Positions 1 to 10,252 of a stretch of DNA of 64,000 nucleotides are shown piece after piece. Each line of letters starts with the position of its first letter. The stretch's first letter is position 1. The notes under the pieces were generated by a model. The model did no database searches. It saw only the letters and a list, made by a program, of their open reading frames with translations, and was not told the origin of the DNA. This DNA comes from Heteronotia binoei (lineage: Eukaryota), in the NCBI RefSeq assembly GCF_032191835.1, contig NC_083226.1:154690001-154754000 (forward strand), written 5' to 3'. The position numbers and the translations under genes are program-made.

Positions 1-57
1 CCAGGAAGTGATGCTTGCCTCTACCCAGAATGCCAGTGACCTACAGCAAACCAAGAC

Positions 58-295
58 ACAGCAGTGGTGTAGTAATTTGAGTGGTAGACTAAGGTCTGGG
101 AGACTCAGGTTCGCATCCCGAATTTGCTGTGGAAACTTGCTTGGGTGATCTTGGGCCAATCACAGTTCACATGCTGTCAGCCAGACCTGCCTCACAGGCT
201 TGTTCTGAGGATAAAGTGGAAGAAAGAATGATGTAAGCTGCTTTAAGTCCCCACTGGGGGAGAAAGGGTGGCTATAATTGAAGAAAAATAAATAA
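58..295 (+). mobile_element. Old tRNA-derived SINE (Squam3/MIR-like)
   Basis: A box GGTGTAGTAATT, B box GGTTCGCATCC, CCTCACAGG..TTGT..TGAGGATAAA core, A-rich tail. Confidence 0.75.
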
Positions 296-973
296 GTCTT
301 GAGTTGCTGGGGGAAGGAGTGAGCTTGGCTAGAGAACCGTTTCTGACAGCGAACTCCTTTTTCAAACAGCCTTCAGTTATATGTGTATTTTAGCTGCCAT
401 AACTCTGGGTTTTAGTAAGCATGAAAACAGTTTCATTACTGTACTCAGGCAAAAAAAAGATATTCTGAGCATAAACAGGAAGCAGATAGATGTTTTTCAA
501 AGAAAAACCAGTCACTTTTCAGAGTAAAACCACACCCTCAGAAGTGTGAAACTTTGCACAGACTAATGTTAACGTTGTGGATTGAATTTGATAGTTTCGG
601 CATGTTTCAAAAGCTACTTTTCACACAGCTTTTAATTCAAAACAACAACTAGATAGCTATTTGTAATATATGATAACCATTTAATCCCACAAATACCTGG
701 GCTATTCTGCAATTAATGAACTTACAGATGCCAGATGTCAGAGCAGGGCAGTTGTCCCCCAAGGCACACAATGCAGAAAATCTTGTAAAGCATTCTTTCT
801 GAAGTCCACTCACAAATCTTAAGGATCATAGAGGTTCATGTGGGAGACAGCTTTGCTGCAGTGTTTTGAAACCTTGATAGCTATTGACTATAGCAGTTTT
901 GATTGGGGTCGACTGAAATGAACACTCATTTCAGCTTCTGGGTTGCTACGAAATGCAGATGGACATTCCTACT

Positions 974-1390
974 TAGGGTTGCCAGGTCTGACTCAGGACA
1001 TTGGGGGCGGAGCCAGGAGGACTTTGGGGTTGGAGCCAGGAGCAAGGTTGTGACAAGCATGACTGAACTCTGAAGCCCATCACATTTAAAGGTACCACAC
1101 TCCTTTAAAATGCATTTCCTTCATTGAAAATAATGGATGGGGACACCTTCTTTGGGGGCTCATAGAATTGGACCCCATGGTTCAATCTTTTTGAAACTTT
1201 GGGGGTGTTTTGAGGAGAGGTACCAGATGCTATGCTGGACATTTGGTGCCTCTACCTAACACCACTCCCCGAGCCCCAGATACCCACGGATTGATTCTTT
1301 ATTATACCCTATGGTGACCAGTGGACATTCAACCTTGTTCCATTTTCTGATGATCCTGAAGTGGGGGGAGGGCCTCCAAACCAGGGGATG
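974..1390 (+). mobile_element. hAT-like non-autonomous element (TAGGGTTGCCAG end), truncated
   Basis: Starts with the TAGGGTTGCCA terminus also seen (degenerate) at 22522; right end lost where it joins a fragment (about 1395-1454) of the 2126 family. Confidence 0.5.
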
Positions 1391-1774
1391 GAGCTCTCAA
1401 ACATCTGATGTGTATTCTATGTGGCTCTTACATTAAGCTAGCTTGGCCACCCCTGGTCTTGACCTTCAGAACCATTCTTCTGAACTTGTGAGGCCACCTT
1501 TGTCCCCTAATTTCCAGAAAACATACAACAGCACTTTTATTCCCTGTTGAGAAATTATTACTGGGAAGATGTGTCTATATTATCTTCTAACTCTGCTACA
1601 CTCACTGTTTCAAAGTTTAATTGTAATGTGCTGTTGCCTGAATTAAACACATGTTCAGTGGCACCTTAAACATTATTCACCGTTTCACTTAGCATGTTTT
1701 TTATCCCAGGAGAACAGAGCGGCGCACATCTTCATCCAATTTACCCTCGATTCATAAACAACCTCATGAAGCAG

Positions 1775-1860
1775 CAGAACAAAGTTTGAGTCCAGCGGCA
1801 TCTTTAAGACCAACAAAGCTTTATTCAGATCCAGGTGGGTTGCTATGCTGGTCTGAAGCA
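1775..1860 (-). mobile_element. Penelope-like terminal repeat fragments
   Basis: AAAGTTTGAGTCCAG..CTTTAAGACCAACAAAG and CAGGTGGGTTGCTATGCTGGTCTGAAGCA, shared with 1965, 27440, 42270 and 55094. Confidence 0.6.
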
Positions 1861-1964
1861 ACCGAATTAGTAGAATTAGAATTAGCCAGTCCACACAGTA
1901 AAATCCAATTGGAAGATGCACTGAGAGTGGATTTAAACTGTGTTATTTAGCATGTGTGATCACA

Positions 1965-2110
1965 GCCTAAAGTTAAGAGTCCAGGAGCACCTTTAAGACC
2001 AATGAAGTGTTATTCAGGGTGTAATCCGAAGAAGTGTGCGTGTACACACGAAATCTTATACCTTGAATAAAACTTCAGTGGTCTTAAAGGTGCTACAGGC
2101 TCTAACTTTA
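1965..2110. mobile_element. Penelope-like inverted terminal repeat pair with a degenerate hammerhead motif
   Basis: About 50-bp inverted arms (AAAGTTAAGAGTCCAGGAGCACCTTTAAGACC... / ...GGTCTTAAAGGTGCTACAGGCTCTAACTTT) enclosing CCGAAGAAGTGTGCGTGTACACACGAAATCTT. Confidence 0.65.
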
Positions 2111-2125
2111 TTTGAAGGTTTATAC

Positions 2126-2476
2126 CAGGGGTGGCCAAACTTGCTTAACATAAGAGCCACACTGAATAAACATCAGATGTTTGAGAGCCACAATAGGGAC
2201 TGACAGGAGGGAGGGAAGGAAGGGAGAGAGAGAGAGAGAAAGAGAGAGAGGAAGAGAGGAAGAGAGGAAGGAAGGAAGGAAGGAAGGAAGGAAGGTAGGT
2301 TGGTTGGTTGGGAGAAGTGGAAAGAAAGCAACTGTAGCTAGCTGGCTTGGTGAAGTGGTTTAAAGAGAGAAATGCCTTCTCCAAGTAAGCCAATGGGGCA
2401 GTGGGGGCTTTGATAGCCACACAATATGTGTGAAAGTGCCACATGTGGCTCCCCAGACTCAGTTTGGTCACCCTTG
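2126..2476 (+). mobile_element. hAT MITE containing (GA)n/(GGAA)n microsatellite
   Basis: TIR CAGGGGTGGCCAAAC / GTTTGGTCACCCTTG; 8-bp TSD GTTTATAC / GTTTATTC. Confidence 0.85.
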
Positions 2477-2499
2477 GTTTATTCAAACCCCATGAAGTA

Positions 2500-2595
2500 A
2501 GTTAGGCTGGGAATATGTGCCTGGCCCAAAGTATCTGAAGAGGTGTGCATGCACAGGAAAGCTTATAACCAGAACTAAACTTTGTAAGTCTTAAA
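2500..2595 (+). mobile_element. Penelope-like terminus with hammerhead motif
   Basis: GTATCTGAAGAGGTGTGCATGCACAGGAAAGCTTATAACC at 2531-2570, followed by the ...GTCTTAAA tail. Confidence 0.65.
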
Positions 2596-2997
2596 AGCAG
2601 GGGTGTCAAACATACAGCCCGGGGGCAGAATCAAGCCCCCAACAGGGGTCCTATCAGGCCCGTGAGCAACTCACTGTTGTCTGCTTCCTTCTCCCTCTTG
2701 CTCACTTCTGCATCACGACTTGCTTTGCCAGGCTTGCTCAACTGCACAGGAGCTACAGAGCAAAGCTCCTTTGGGGAGAAAGTGGGGAAAGGAGAGCTAG
2801 CTTTGCCAGGCTCTCTCAATTGCACAGCAGAGCTACTGAGCCAAGTCTCTGTTGGCTGAGGCTCAACAAGCCAGTGACATGGATTAGTCTGAGTGTTTGC
2901 CTGCGTTCTTTATAGTTTATATCTCCCCTACCTGGCATTACATTTTATGACACACATGACCCAGCCCAACAGGGTGAAGTCCGGCCCCCATAACAAA

Positions 2998-3340
2998 TAA
3001 GAACATAAGAGAAGCCATGTTGGATCAGGCCAATGGCCCATCCAGTTCAACACTCTGTGTCACACGGTGGCCAATATACACGTGCGTGTGTGTATATATA
3101 TACACACACATATATATACTGTGGCTAATAGCCACTGATGGACTTCTGCTCCATATTTTTATTCAATCCCCTCTTGAAGCTGGCTATGCTTGTAGCCGCC
3201 ACCACCTCCTGTGGCAGTGAATTCCACATGTTAATCACCCTTTGGGTGAAGTACTTCCTTCTATCCGTTTTAACCTGACTGCTCAGCAATTTCATTGAAT
3301 GCCCACGAGTTCTTGTATTGTGAGAAAGGGAGAAAAGGAC
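2998..3340 (-). mobile_element. CR1 LINE 3' fragment (young)
   Basis: Encodes FSLSHNTRTRGHSMKLLSSQVKTDRRKYFTQRVINMWNSLPQEVV; (TTATGTTC)n-type tail; nearly identical to 58812-59214. Confidence 0.9.
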
Positions 3341-3499
3341 TTCAATCCCTGGCATCTCCAAAAAAGGGTCCAGGCAAATAGGTGTGAAAAACCTCAGCTT
3401 GAGACCCCGGAGAGCCGCTGCCAGTCTGAGAAGACAAGACTGACTTTGATGGACCAAGGGTCTGATTCAGAAGGCAGCTTCATATGTTCATATATGTTC
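3341..3499 (+). mobile_element. 5'-truncated tRNA-derived SINE with CR1-like tail
   Basis: Near-identical to the reverse complement of 17996-18220; ATATGTTC tail. Confidence 0.8.
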
Positions 3500-4065
3500 A
3501 GTGGTACTTCTTTAGTTCGACACCCCTGTCTTAAAGGGTGCCCCTGCTGGACTCAAACTCCGTCCACCCAGTAAGATTGGATAGCAACGCGCGGATTCGC
3601 ACCGTGGTCTCTAGTGCGGCTCTCTAACCACGGCAAACAGCAACATTCCTCCCTTTGCGCGGTTGAGTCAGCGCTAAAGCTCTCGCTTTTTGCAGGAGCA
3701 AAGACGGCTTATCGATGTTTTCCAATAAATAAACCAATGAGAAGAGCAAAAGCCCGGGAGCGGAGGAGCGTGGGCGAGGCGACCCGAGCTGAGCTGAGGC
3801 GCTCTGGCCAGTTCCAGCCCCGCCGGCTCAGGGAGCGGCAGCCGCGCTTTCGCCTTCCCTTATTCCCTGCCCGGCACTGGGTGTCGCCCGCCACCTGCCA
3901 ATTGTTCCCTCCTCCTTCCCCTCAGGAGCCTCCAGCGAGCGCAGCGTCCGCTACTCGGGAGACCGCTGAGGGGAGCAGCAGCGGCTCAGGCGATCACGAC
4001 AGCCGGGCGGGCGTTTTAGCGCCGCTGTGGGCAGGCAGGCAGGCAAAGGCGGCTTGTGCCTGTCT

Positions 4066-4075
4066 TCTCGCGAGA
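4066..4075. promoter_or_regulatory. TCTCGCGAGA palindrome (BANP-type CpG-island promoter motif)
   Basis: Exact 10-bp palindrome ending 42 bp upstream of the ATG; established BANP (formerly ZBTB33-attributed) motif. Confidence 0.75.
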
Positions 4076-4085
4076 TCGGGCGAGG

Positions 4086-4123
4086 TTTCCGGTGTTGTGA
4101 CTGCGGGGCCGTAAACATGGCGG
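4086..4123. promoter_or_regulatory. ETS-like site (TTTCCGGT) and YY1-like site (AAACATGGCGG) overlapping the start codon
   Basis: Motif match only: ACCGGAAA on the minus strand at 4086-4093; AAACATGGCGG at 4113-4123. Confidence 0.5.
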
Positions 4124-4165
4124 TGAGTCTCCGCGCCCGCTCGCTGAGGCACCTCCGTATCCGAG
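4117..4165 (+). CDS. RICTOR: RICTOR coding exon 1 (49 nt; MAVSLRARSLRHLRIR+G)
   Basis: ATG in AAACATGG context; donor GAG|GTGAGG; similar to human MAAIGRGRSLKNLRVRG. Confidence 0.93.
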
Positions 4166-4312
4166 GTGAGGAGAAACCCGAGCTGCTGCGGGAGGAAGGA
4201 GGGATGGAGCGGGCTCCTCTCCCCTGGCGCCCCCTCGGCCTCAGCCCCGCCGCGGTCTCTTCTCCCGTCTCTAACCTCCTTTTCCTCCCCCCCCTCCCTT
4301 CCTCTCTCACAG

Positions 4313-4360
4313 GCCGTAACGACAGCGGCGAGGAGAACGTCCCCCTCGATCTCACCCGAG
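4313..4360 (+). CDS. RICTOR: RICTOR exon 2 (48 nt; GRNDSGEENVPLDLTR)
   Basis: Polypyrimidine tract + CAG acceptor, GTAACG donor; peptide matches recalled human RICTOR. Confidence 0.97.
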
Positions 4361-7300
4361 GTAACGGCGGGGCCCCTGCGGAGAAGGGGAAGGGGACCCC
4401 GTGGCCAGCGTCTCCCTCTCGCCCCTCCCTCCCCGGTGCTTGTCTGGGCTCAGGGAAACCAGTCCGCGTTGGGAATCCCTTCCTTGCCTGGAAAGATGAG
4501 GGTGGGAGGGAAGGAGACCCAAAGGTGGGACTCAGCTTCGTCGGATTCTTCCCCGCCTTTCTCCACTGTGGGGTTTCCATCCTGTCCCCCAGCCCCGGGC
4601 ATGAAATCCCATTGAGCCCAGGGTGGGTGTTCATTCCGGGTGTGGGTCAGGAAGCCTAGCCTCGATTCAATGAGTCTTCGGGATAAACATGTGTAAGATT
4701 GGTTTGTGTTCCCCCTTTGCTTGGTTTGTGCTGTGGTTGTGAGTAACTTGGCAGAGAGAATTAGAAATCGGCAGCACTCCCCCCCCCCCCCCCCCCCTCA
4801 TTTGCTCATGTTATCGTGGCTGCAGGGAGGAAGGTATTTTACGCTTGTGAAATGAAAGAATTTGTCTCTGGTTTGATTCGTGGAAAGTAAACAGGCTGCC
4901 TTACAACCCTCCCCCCTCCCTGCCCACCTCCGCAAGCTGTGGAATTTTATAAACGTGCTGTGTTACAGGGAGATGAGAAACCTAGCAGGTCATTGCTAAG
5001 TTACAAGGCAGAAGTGGGGTGGTGATGTCTCACTCTGGTGTGCTGTTTCCTGAGGCAGGCTTGACAGAGGGGAAGGGGGGAACATGATGAGAATAAGCTA
5101 ATGGGTTACTGGCAGGTATGTTCTCTCCACCCCCAGACTTGTTTTTGTACAGCTTGCCCTGCTGCGGGTTCATTATTTACCGTCTGCTGGCTGCAGATGG
5201 GGCTGTTAACAGCTTTTGGGGTTTTCACTGTGCTTGTGCATTGATGTAGCCAGCAGTATGTAAATTCCAGCGGCCTTTTTCCAATGGCATCCTGTTCCCT
5301 CCTACGCTCTCGGCTTGCAAATTGATTTCTGTGTTGTCAGTGATCTGATTGGAAATAGCCGATTGCTGCCTGAGCTCCTTATGGATGAACTCATGCACCC
5401 TTTTCTCCATAGGCACTCTGAATTCTAGCATGACTGGATGTAGTCCTTAAGATGCAGCAGTAGGATTTTTCCTAATGGTGAAATGTTTGAAAGGCCTTTG
5501 GATGGTTCCTGTATTTGCTAATTCAGTTTGCTTTCTGTATCCACATAAGGTCTTCTTTTCCTTATTGGAAAAGTACAACATTTCTTTAAAATTTGCTCCT
5601 TGTTCACTGTCAAGTGCACTGCGTACATTTAAAACTAGTTAGTCTGTAATGGCATTGGAGTTATTTCTTTGCTTGGTTTTACTTTTGTTGGCTCAATTAT
5701 TTGGCCATGGTTACAGTAAGCAGTTAACAACTGTGTTTGTTTTAGATACAGTATGGTCCCTGAACTTTTTGTGCTGCAGATAATTAGATGACAAGCAATG
5801 TTGTATACTTCTATGAATGTCGAAAAACGATGTGTAGAAGACAACACTGGAGAACTTAAGCAGTGGCAAAATAGTGTGTGGTACAAAGGAAACTGATCTT
5901 CAACTTGGTACTACTTTCAGAGTAATGTGTATGTTTTGCTGGTGTCCAGCTAACATTTTAATAGCATGCTCCATCAGAATGTGACTGCAGTGATGTGGGA
6001 CTTGACTGCAGGAAGGTAGTTTCCAAGCTACTGTGTGTGAACATTTTAGTTCCTGTTTAGCAGACTATGTGGTGTAAAATAGCAAGTCTTATGGTAAGGG
6101 CCTATAATTCAAAAGGAGACTACTGTTGTTTTTAAAATGCCTGTTGCATAGTCTGCCTCCTTTGTATATAGAAAGATCTAGGTACTTTATCAATTATATT
6201 TTGTGTATTGTCTACATTTATTAAAGTTCCCTGTGAAGGTTTGTAAGATAGCTAGGTAGGATTCTTGGCCAAGATCTCATTTCTGTTAACTTCTATTTGC
6301 TCCTTTGGAAAACAGGAAGCTATGAAGGTTGCATGTAGTTCTGCTTGAGATTGATAGACTATAGAGAATTTGTTACTGATTCAAATACTTCTTGTGGTCA
6401 TTAACACAATTCATGCATATATAAAGGCTTGCTCACTTGCGTATTGGAGCATAAGATGAGCCTGGCCAGTGGCCACACGGCTATTCTGGAGGGTCAGTAA
6501 CAGAACACAGAGGCTGAGGCCTTCCCCTGTTGTTGCTTCCTAGCAGTGGTGTTTAGAGGTTTACTGCCTCTGGATGTGGAAGCTCCCTTTAAATCATCAT
6601 GAATAGTAGCCACTGATAGACCTATTGTTCATGAATCTGTTTAATCCACTTTTAAGGGTATCTGTGGCCATCGCTGCATTGTCTGGTAACAAATTCCACA
6701 TTTGATTTACTCATTGATTTCCTTTTTGTACATCCTGAATCAGCTGCATATTAACTTCACTAGGTATTCCTGAGTTCTACTCCATACATTATTTTATAAA
6801 TATCTATCGTGTCGCCTCTCCTATTATCTCTTTTCCAAACTTGTGAGTCTTGGCTCACAAGAAAAGTGCTCCAACCCCTTAATCATTTTGGTTGCCCCTC
6901 TCTGTCCTTTTCCAGCTCTGCAATGTTCTTTCTGAGATAGGATGGACCAGAACTACACACAGTATTCCAAATGAGGCCACACCATAAATCTATACAGGGA
7001 CATTGTAGTATTGGCTGTTTTAGTTCCATTTTCTTTCCTAATAATCTGCAGTATAGAGTTATACTCAATAATTTAGAGTCATTTGCAAACTTGGCCTCTA
7101 TACTGCTTATTGCCAATCCCAAATAATATATCGACCAATTGAAAAGTATAGGTCCCAGTACTGATCCTTGTGAGGCTGCATTCACGGCTTCCCTTCATTG
7201 AGAAAATTGTTTATTCCATAAAAGGACCTGTCATTTTATCCGTAGCTGCTAAGCTTACTTGGGAGTCTTTGATGAGATACGTTGTCGAAAACCTTTTGAA

Positions 7301-7390
7301 AGTCCAAGTATATACAGTGTCTGCTGGGACACTGTTAGGTACATGTTTGTTAATTTTATCAAATAGCCCCAAAAGTTGGCAAGTCAGGAC

Positions 7391-7796
7391 TAGGGTTAGG
7401 GATGAACTGAATTACAAACTGAAATTTGTCATGAACTGGCCCTGGTTCTTGGTTTGCGAACCTGGATTCATGCTATCCTGTCCCCATGAACCTTCCAGTT
7501 GGTTTTGGAGGTTTGTGTTGGCAGGCATGCTGGCACCAGTGGTGGGGCTTGGAGAAAGCATTTAAAGAGACTACCGTCTTTTTAAATGCCTCCTCCAAGC
7601 GAAGATGTAACTCAGCAAGTGAATTCACTTCTGAGTCATGTGGTGTGGCTTGCGAAAACCATTTAAAGGGATCCTTTTAAATGGTTTTTGCAAAACATGC
7701 CACTGTGGCAACAGCAGAGCTTTCAAAAGCCATTTAAAGGGAACCCAGCCACATTGCATCACAAATCTCCATTTTCCAGGACTGTGCCCATTCCTA
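7391..7796. mobile_element. MITE inserted in CR1 RT (TAGG(G/A)ATG-type ends)
   Basis: Interrupts contiguous CR1 sequence; right end GTGCCCATTCCTA is complementary to the TAGGAATGGGCA TIR of 23512; no clean TSD. Confidence 0.55.
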
Positions 7797-8040
7797 GTCT
7801 TTGCAGAAGCCATGCTGATTTTCCCTCACCAAGCTTTGTTCCTTGATGTGCCTGATAACTGTTCTTTGATTACCATTTCTACTGATTTATTCAGAACACC
7901 TGTAGGGTAGCTGATTTTAGTTACAAGTTACATATACCGGTTAGTAAGTCAACATTTTCACATTTGAATTCCCTAAGAACCTGTGCTGTATACCATCTGG
8001 CCTGGCTTACTGGCTTTTAATTTCCCCGGTAGGTTTAGAC

Positions 8041-8632
8041 CAGGAGTGGGGAAGCTCTGTCTTGAGGGCCGTATATGGCCCTCGAGGTCACTTGATGTGG
8101 CCGTTCGGGATTTCTGGACTGAACCAAGCCATGTGGCAGCCTCCCTGGGGCCTGGCGAGGATTGTGGGGCCCAGCCATGCTATGCAGCAGCCTCCCCAGG
8201 GCCAGGTAGGGATCACAGGACCCAGGTGTACTGTGCAGCAGCCTCCCTGAGGCCTGGCTGGCCAGCCAGAATTGCTGCAGGGCCTGGAAAAGTTACTGTC
8301 ACAGTTCAGTTTGCACTTGATTATCCCAGATGGTGTGGCCTAATATGCTAATATTAGGGGATATGATCTAATATGCTACTGAGTTCCTGCTGGGCTTTTT
8401 CTACAAAAAAGTCCTGGACCTATGCATTTGCCTAGGGCAGTGGGAGGGGGACCAGATTAGGCTCTCCCCACATGACTTCAAATGGAAAAACAATTATTTG
8501 CATTAATTTTGCTGGCCTGAATCATTCTTCCTCAGTGGAGTACTGTTTTTTAAATTGATAATTTTTATGGCCCACAAATAATGTTATAAATATTAATATA
8601 GCTTTTGGCAGAAAAAAGGTTCCCCATCACTG
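8041..8632 (+). mobile_element. hAT element with internal GC-rich repeats
   Basis: TIR CAGGAGTGGGGAAGCT / GGTTCCCCATCACTG; TSD GTTTAGAC / GTCTAGAC; repeated CAGCCTCCC..GGGCC units at 8120-8290; includes a fragment of the 40437 MITE family at about 8330-8415. Confidence 0.8.
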
Positions 8633-9429
8633 GTCTAGACTGTCCCTTTCATCACCTCAATTTGGCTCAGTTTTTCAGACTCCCTAAAAATAGTTTCTCT
8701 AGCCGGAATGCATGCCCCACACTTTCTAGAGTGGACACAGATACAAATAATTCAGCTTCTCTGCCATCCTTTAGCAATTCTTTTATTCCTTTGTTATCTA
8801 AAAGCTCAGTTGCCTCTGGTTGATTTCCTGGTCTGAATTGTTTAAAGTAATGCTTGTCTTAATGCTGTTAGCAGTCTGTTCTTCAAATTCTCGTTTTGCT
8901 TGTGTCATTGCCAACTTACGCTTCTTTTGCTAGGCCCTGTGCTCTCTTCTGTATACCTCATTGGAGCAGGCCTTCTACTTTTAAAAAGGAAGCCATTCTG
9001 CCATTTGTGGCTTCCTTGACTTTGGTTATTAACAATGCAGACATCCTTTTAGACTTGGCTAAACCTTTCCTGACCACAGGTAGACATTCTATCTGGGCCT
9101 CAGTTAATGCGGTTTTAAAGAGTTACCAAGTGTTGTCTATGGATTTGGCTATCTTGAGGTTTCCCTTTCAGTTTCCTTCTAAGTAGTTCCTTCATTTTTG
9201 TAAAGTTCCCTCTTTTGAAATCAAAAGTTCATTCCCTCAGTATTTTCTAGCTCATATGACTATGCTGTTTTTATATACAATGCAACATCTCCTTCAATAT
9301 GTCTGTGCCTGTCCTGTCTGTAGAGCTTACATTTAGGGAAGACTGCATCCTTGCTGTGATCTTAGTCCATCCAGCAGTTTTTTCTTGATGTTTTATTTTT
9401 AAAATTGCATTGCAAAATCCCGCTATCCC

Positions 9430-9650
9430 CCACTATCCCTCCTTTCTGTTTTAAACGAAATATTGCAAGAGTATTAAGCAAGTTTGTATTTGAAGTTAAA
9501 AATGATACCTTTAATTGTGTTGGCCTGTGTCCTTTATAAAGTCTATATCTCTGCTATCTGGCATTTACATTTTAAGACACACATGGCTCGGCCCCACAAA
9601 GTCCCATTTATGTCAGATCCGGCCCACTTAGCAAATGAGTTTGACTGGTC
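9430..9650 (+). mobile_element. 3' part of the CAGGGGTGTCAAAC hAT family
   Basis: Matches subterminal sequence of 19565-20723 and 27083-28613 (AAATATTGCAAGAG...CAAATGAGTTTGAC). Confidence 0.7.
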
Positions 9651-9710
9651 TAAATTGTCATTTAGCAGCAAGTGCTCTAGCTCCACCAAAATGACTGAGA
9701 GACTTCTTTA

Positions 9711-10007
9711 AAAAGGTAAAGGTAGTCCCCCTTTGCAAACACCAGTCATTTCTGCCTCTGGGGTGACGTCGCATAACAGTGTTTTCACAGCAGACTTTTT
9801 ACGGGGTGGTTTGCCATTGCCTTCCCCAATTATCTACACTTTACCCCCAGCCAGCTGGGTACTCATTTTACCAACCTCGGAAGAATGGAGGGCTGAGTCA
9901 ATCTTGAACCGGGTACCTGAGGCCAGCTTCCATCGGGATGGAACTCAGGTCGTGAGTAGAGTTTTAGAACCGTAGTACTGCAGCTTACCACTTTCTGCCA
10001 TGGGGTT
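9711..10007 (-). mobile_element. Sauria-SINE-like element (tRNA head, RTE/Bov-B tail)
   Basis: (ACCTTT)n tail on the minus strand, GGCAATGGCAAACCAC motif, tRNA-like head near 10007. Confidence 0.8.
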
Positions 10008-10252
10008 CCTGAGAAACTTCTAGCATTGACATATAAACAACTAAAACACTTTTCTCTCTTTAACAATCCTTGCCTCCTTGGCACCTGTTGTCTGTGCAAA
10101 TGGCCCTCCTTTGTCATCCTGTTCTCACTCCCAAGTTTTATTGTGCTTCTAACAATATTGTCCTGAAATTTACACTATCATCCTTTTGGACTGAGTGGTC
10201 TCAAAGTGGAAGTTCTTGAGCTGCAGTCAGCTTTCTCCCCAGGGTTAGTTTA

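Larger units (their letters stand above)
2598..3528 (+). mobile_element. hAT non-autonomous element with nested CR1 and SINE
   Basis: TIR CAGGGGTGTCAAAC / GTTCGACACCCCTG; flanks TCTTAAAAG / TCTTAAAG; same family as 19565 and 27083. Confidence 0.8.
3580..4660 (+). promoter_or_regulatory. CpG island / RICTOR promoter
   Basis: Abrupt GC- and CpG-rich block around exons 1-2 in otherwise AT-rich, CpG-poor DNA; CCAAT at 3722 and 3734; boundaries approximate. Confidence 0.9.

Noticed and set aside
3951-4634. 227-aa antisense ORF over the promoter
   Set aside because: Low-complexity Pro/Arg/Gly shadow ORF typical of CpG islands; no recognisable domain.
4027-4659. 210-aa ORF as an independent gene or N-terminal extension
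   Set aside because: It is RICTOR exons 1-2 read through GC-rich intronic DNA from a GTG; the homologous ATG is at 4117.
4778-4797. Poly-C run as a G-quadruplex regulator
   Set aside because: A simple homopolymer prone to length error; no further evidence.
8120-8290. CRISPR-like repeat array
   Set aside because: Eukaryotic intron; degenerate tandem units inside a hAT element with no unique spacers.
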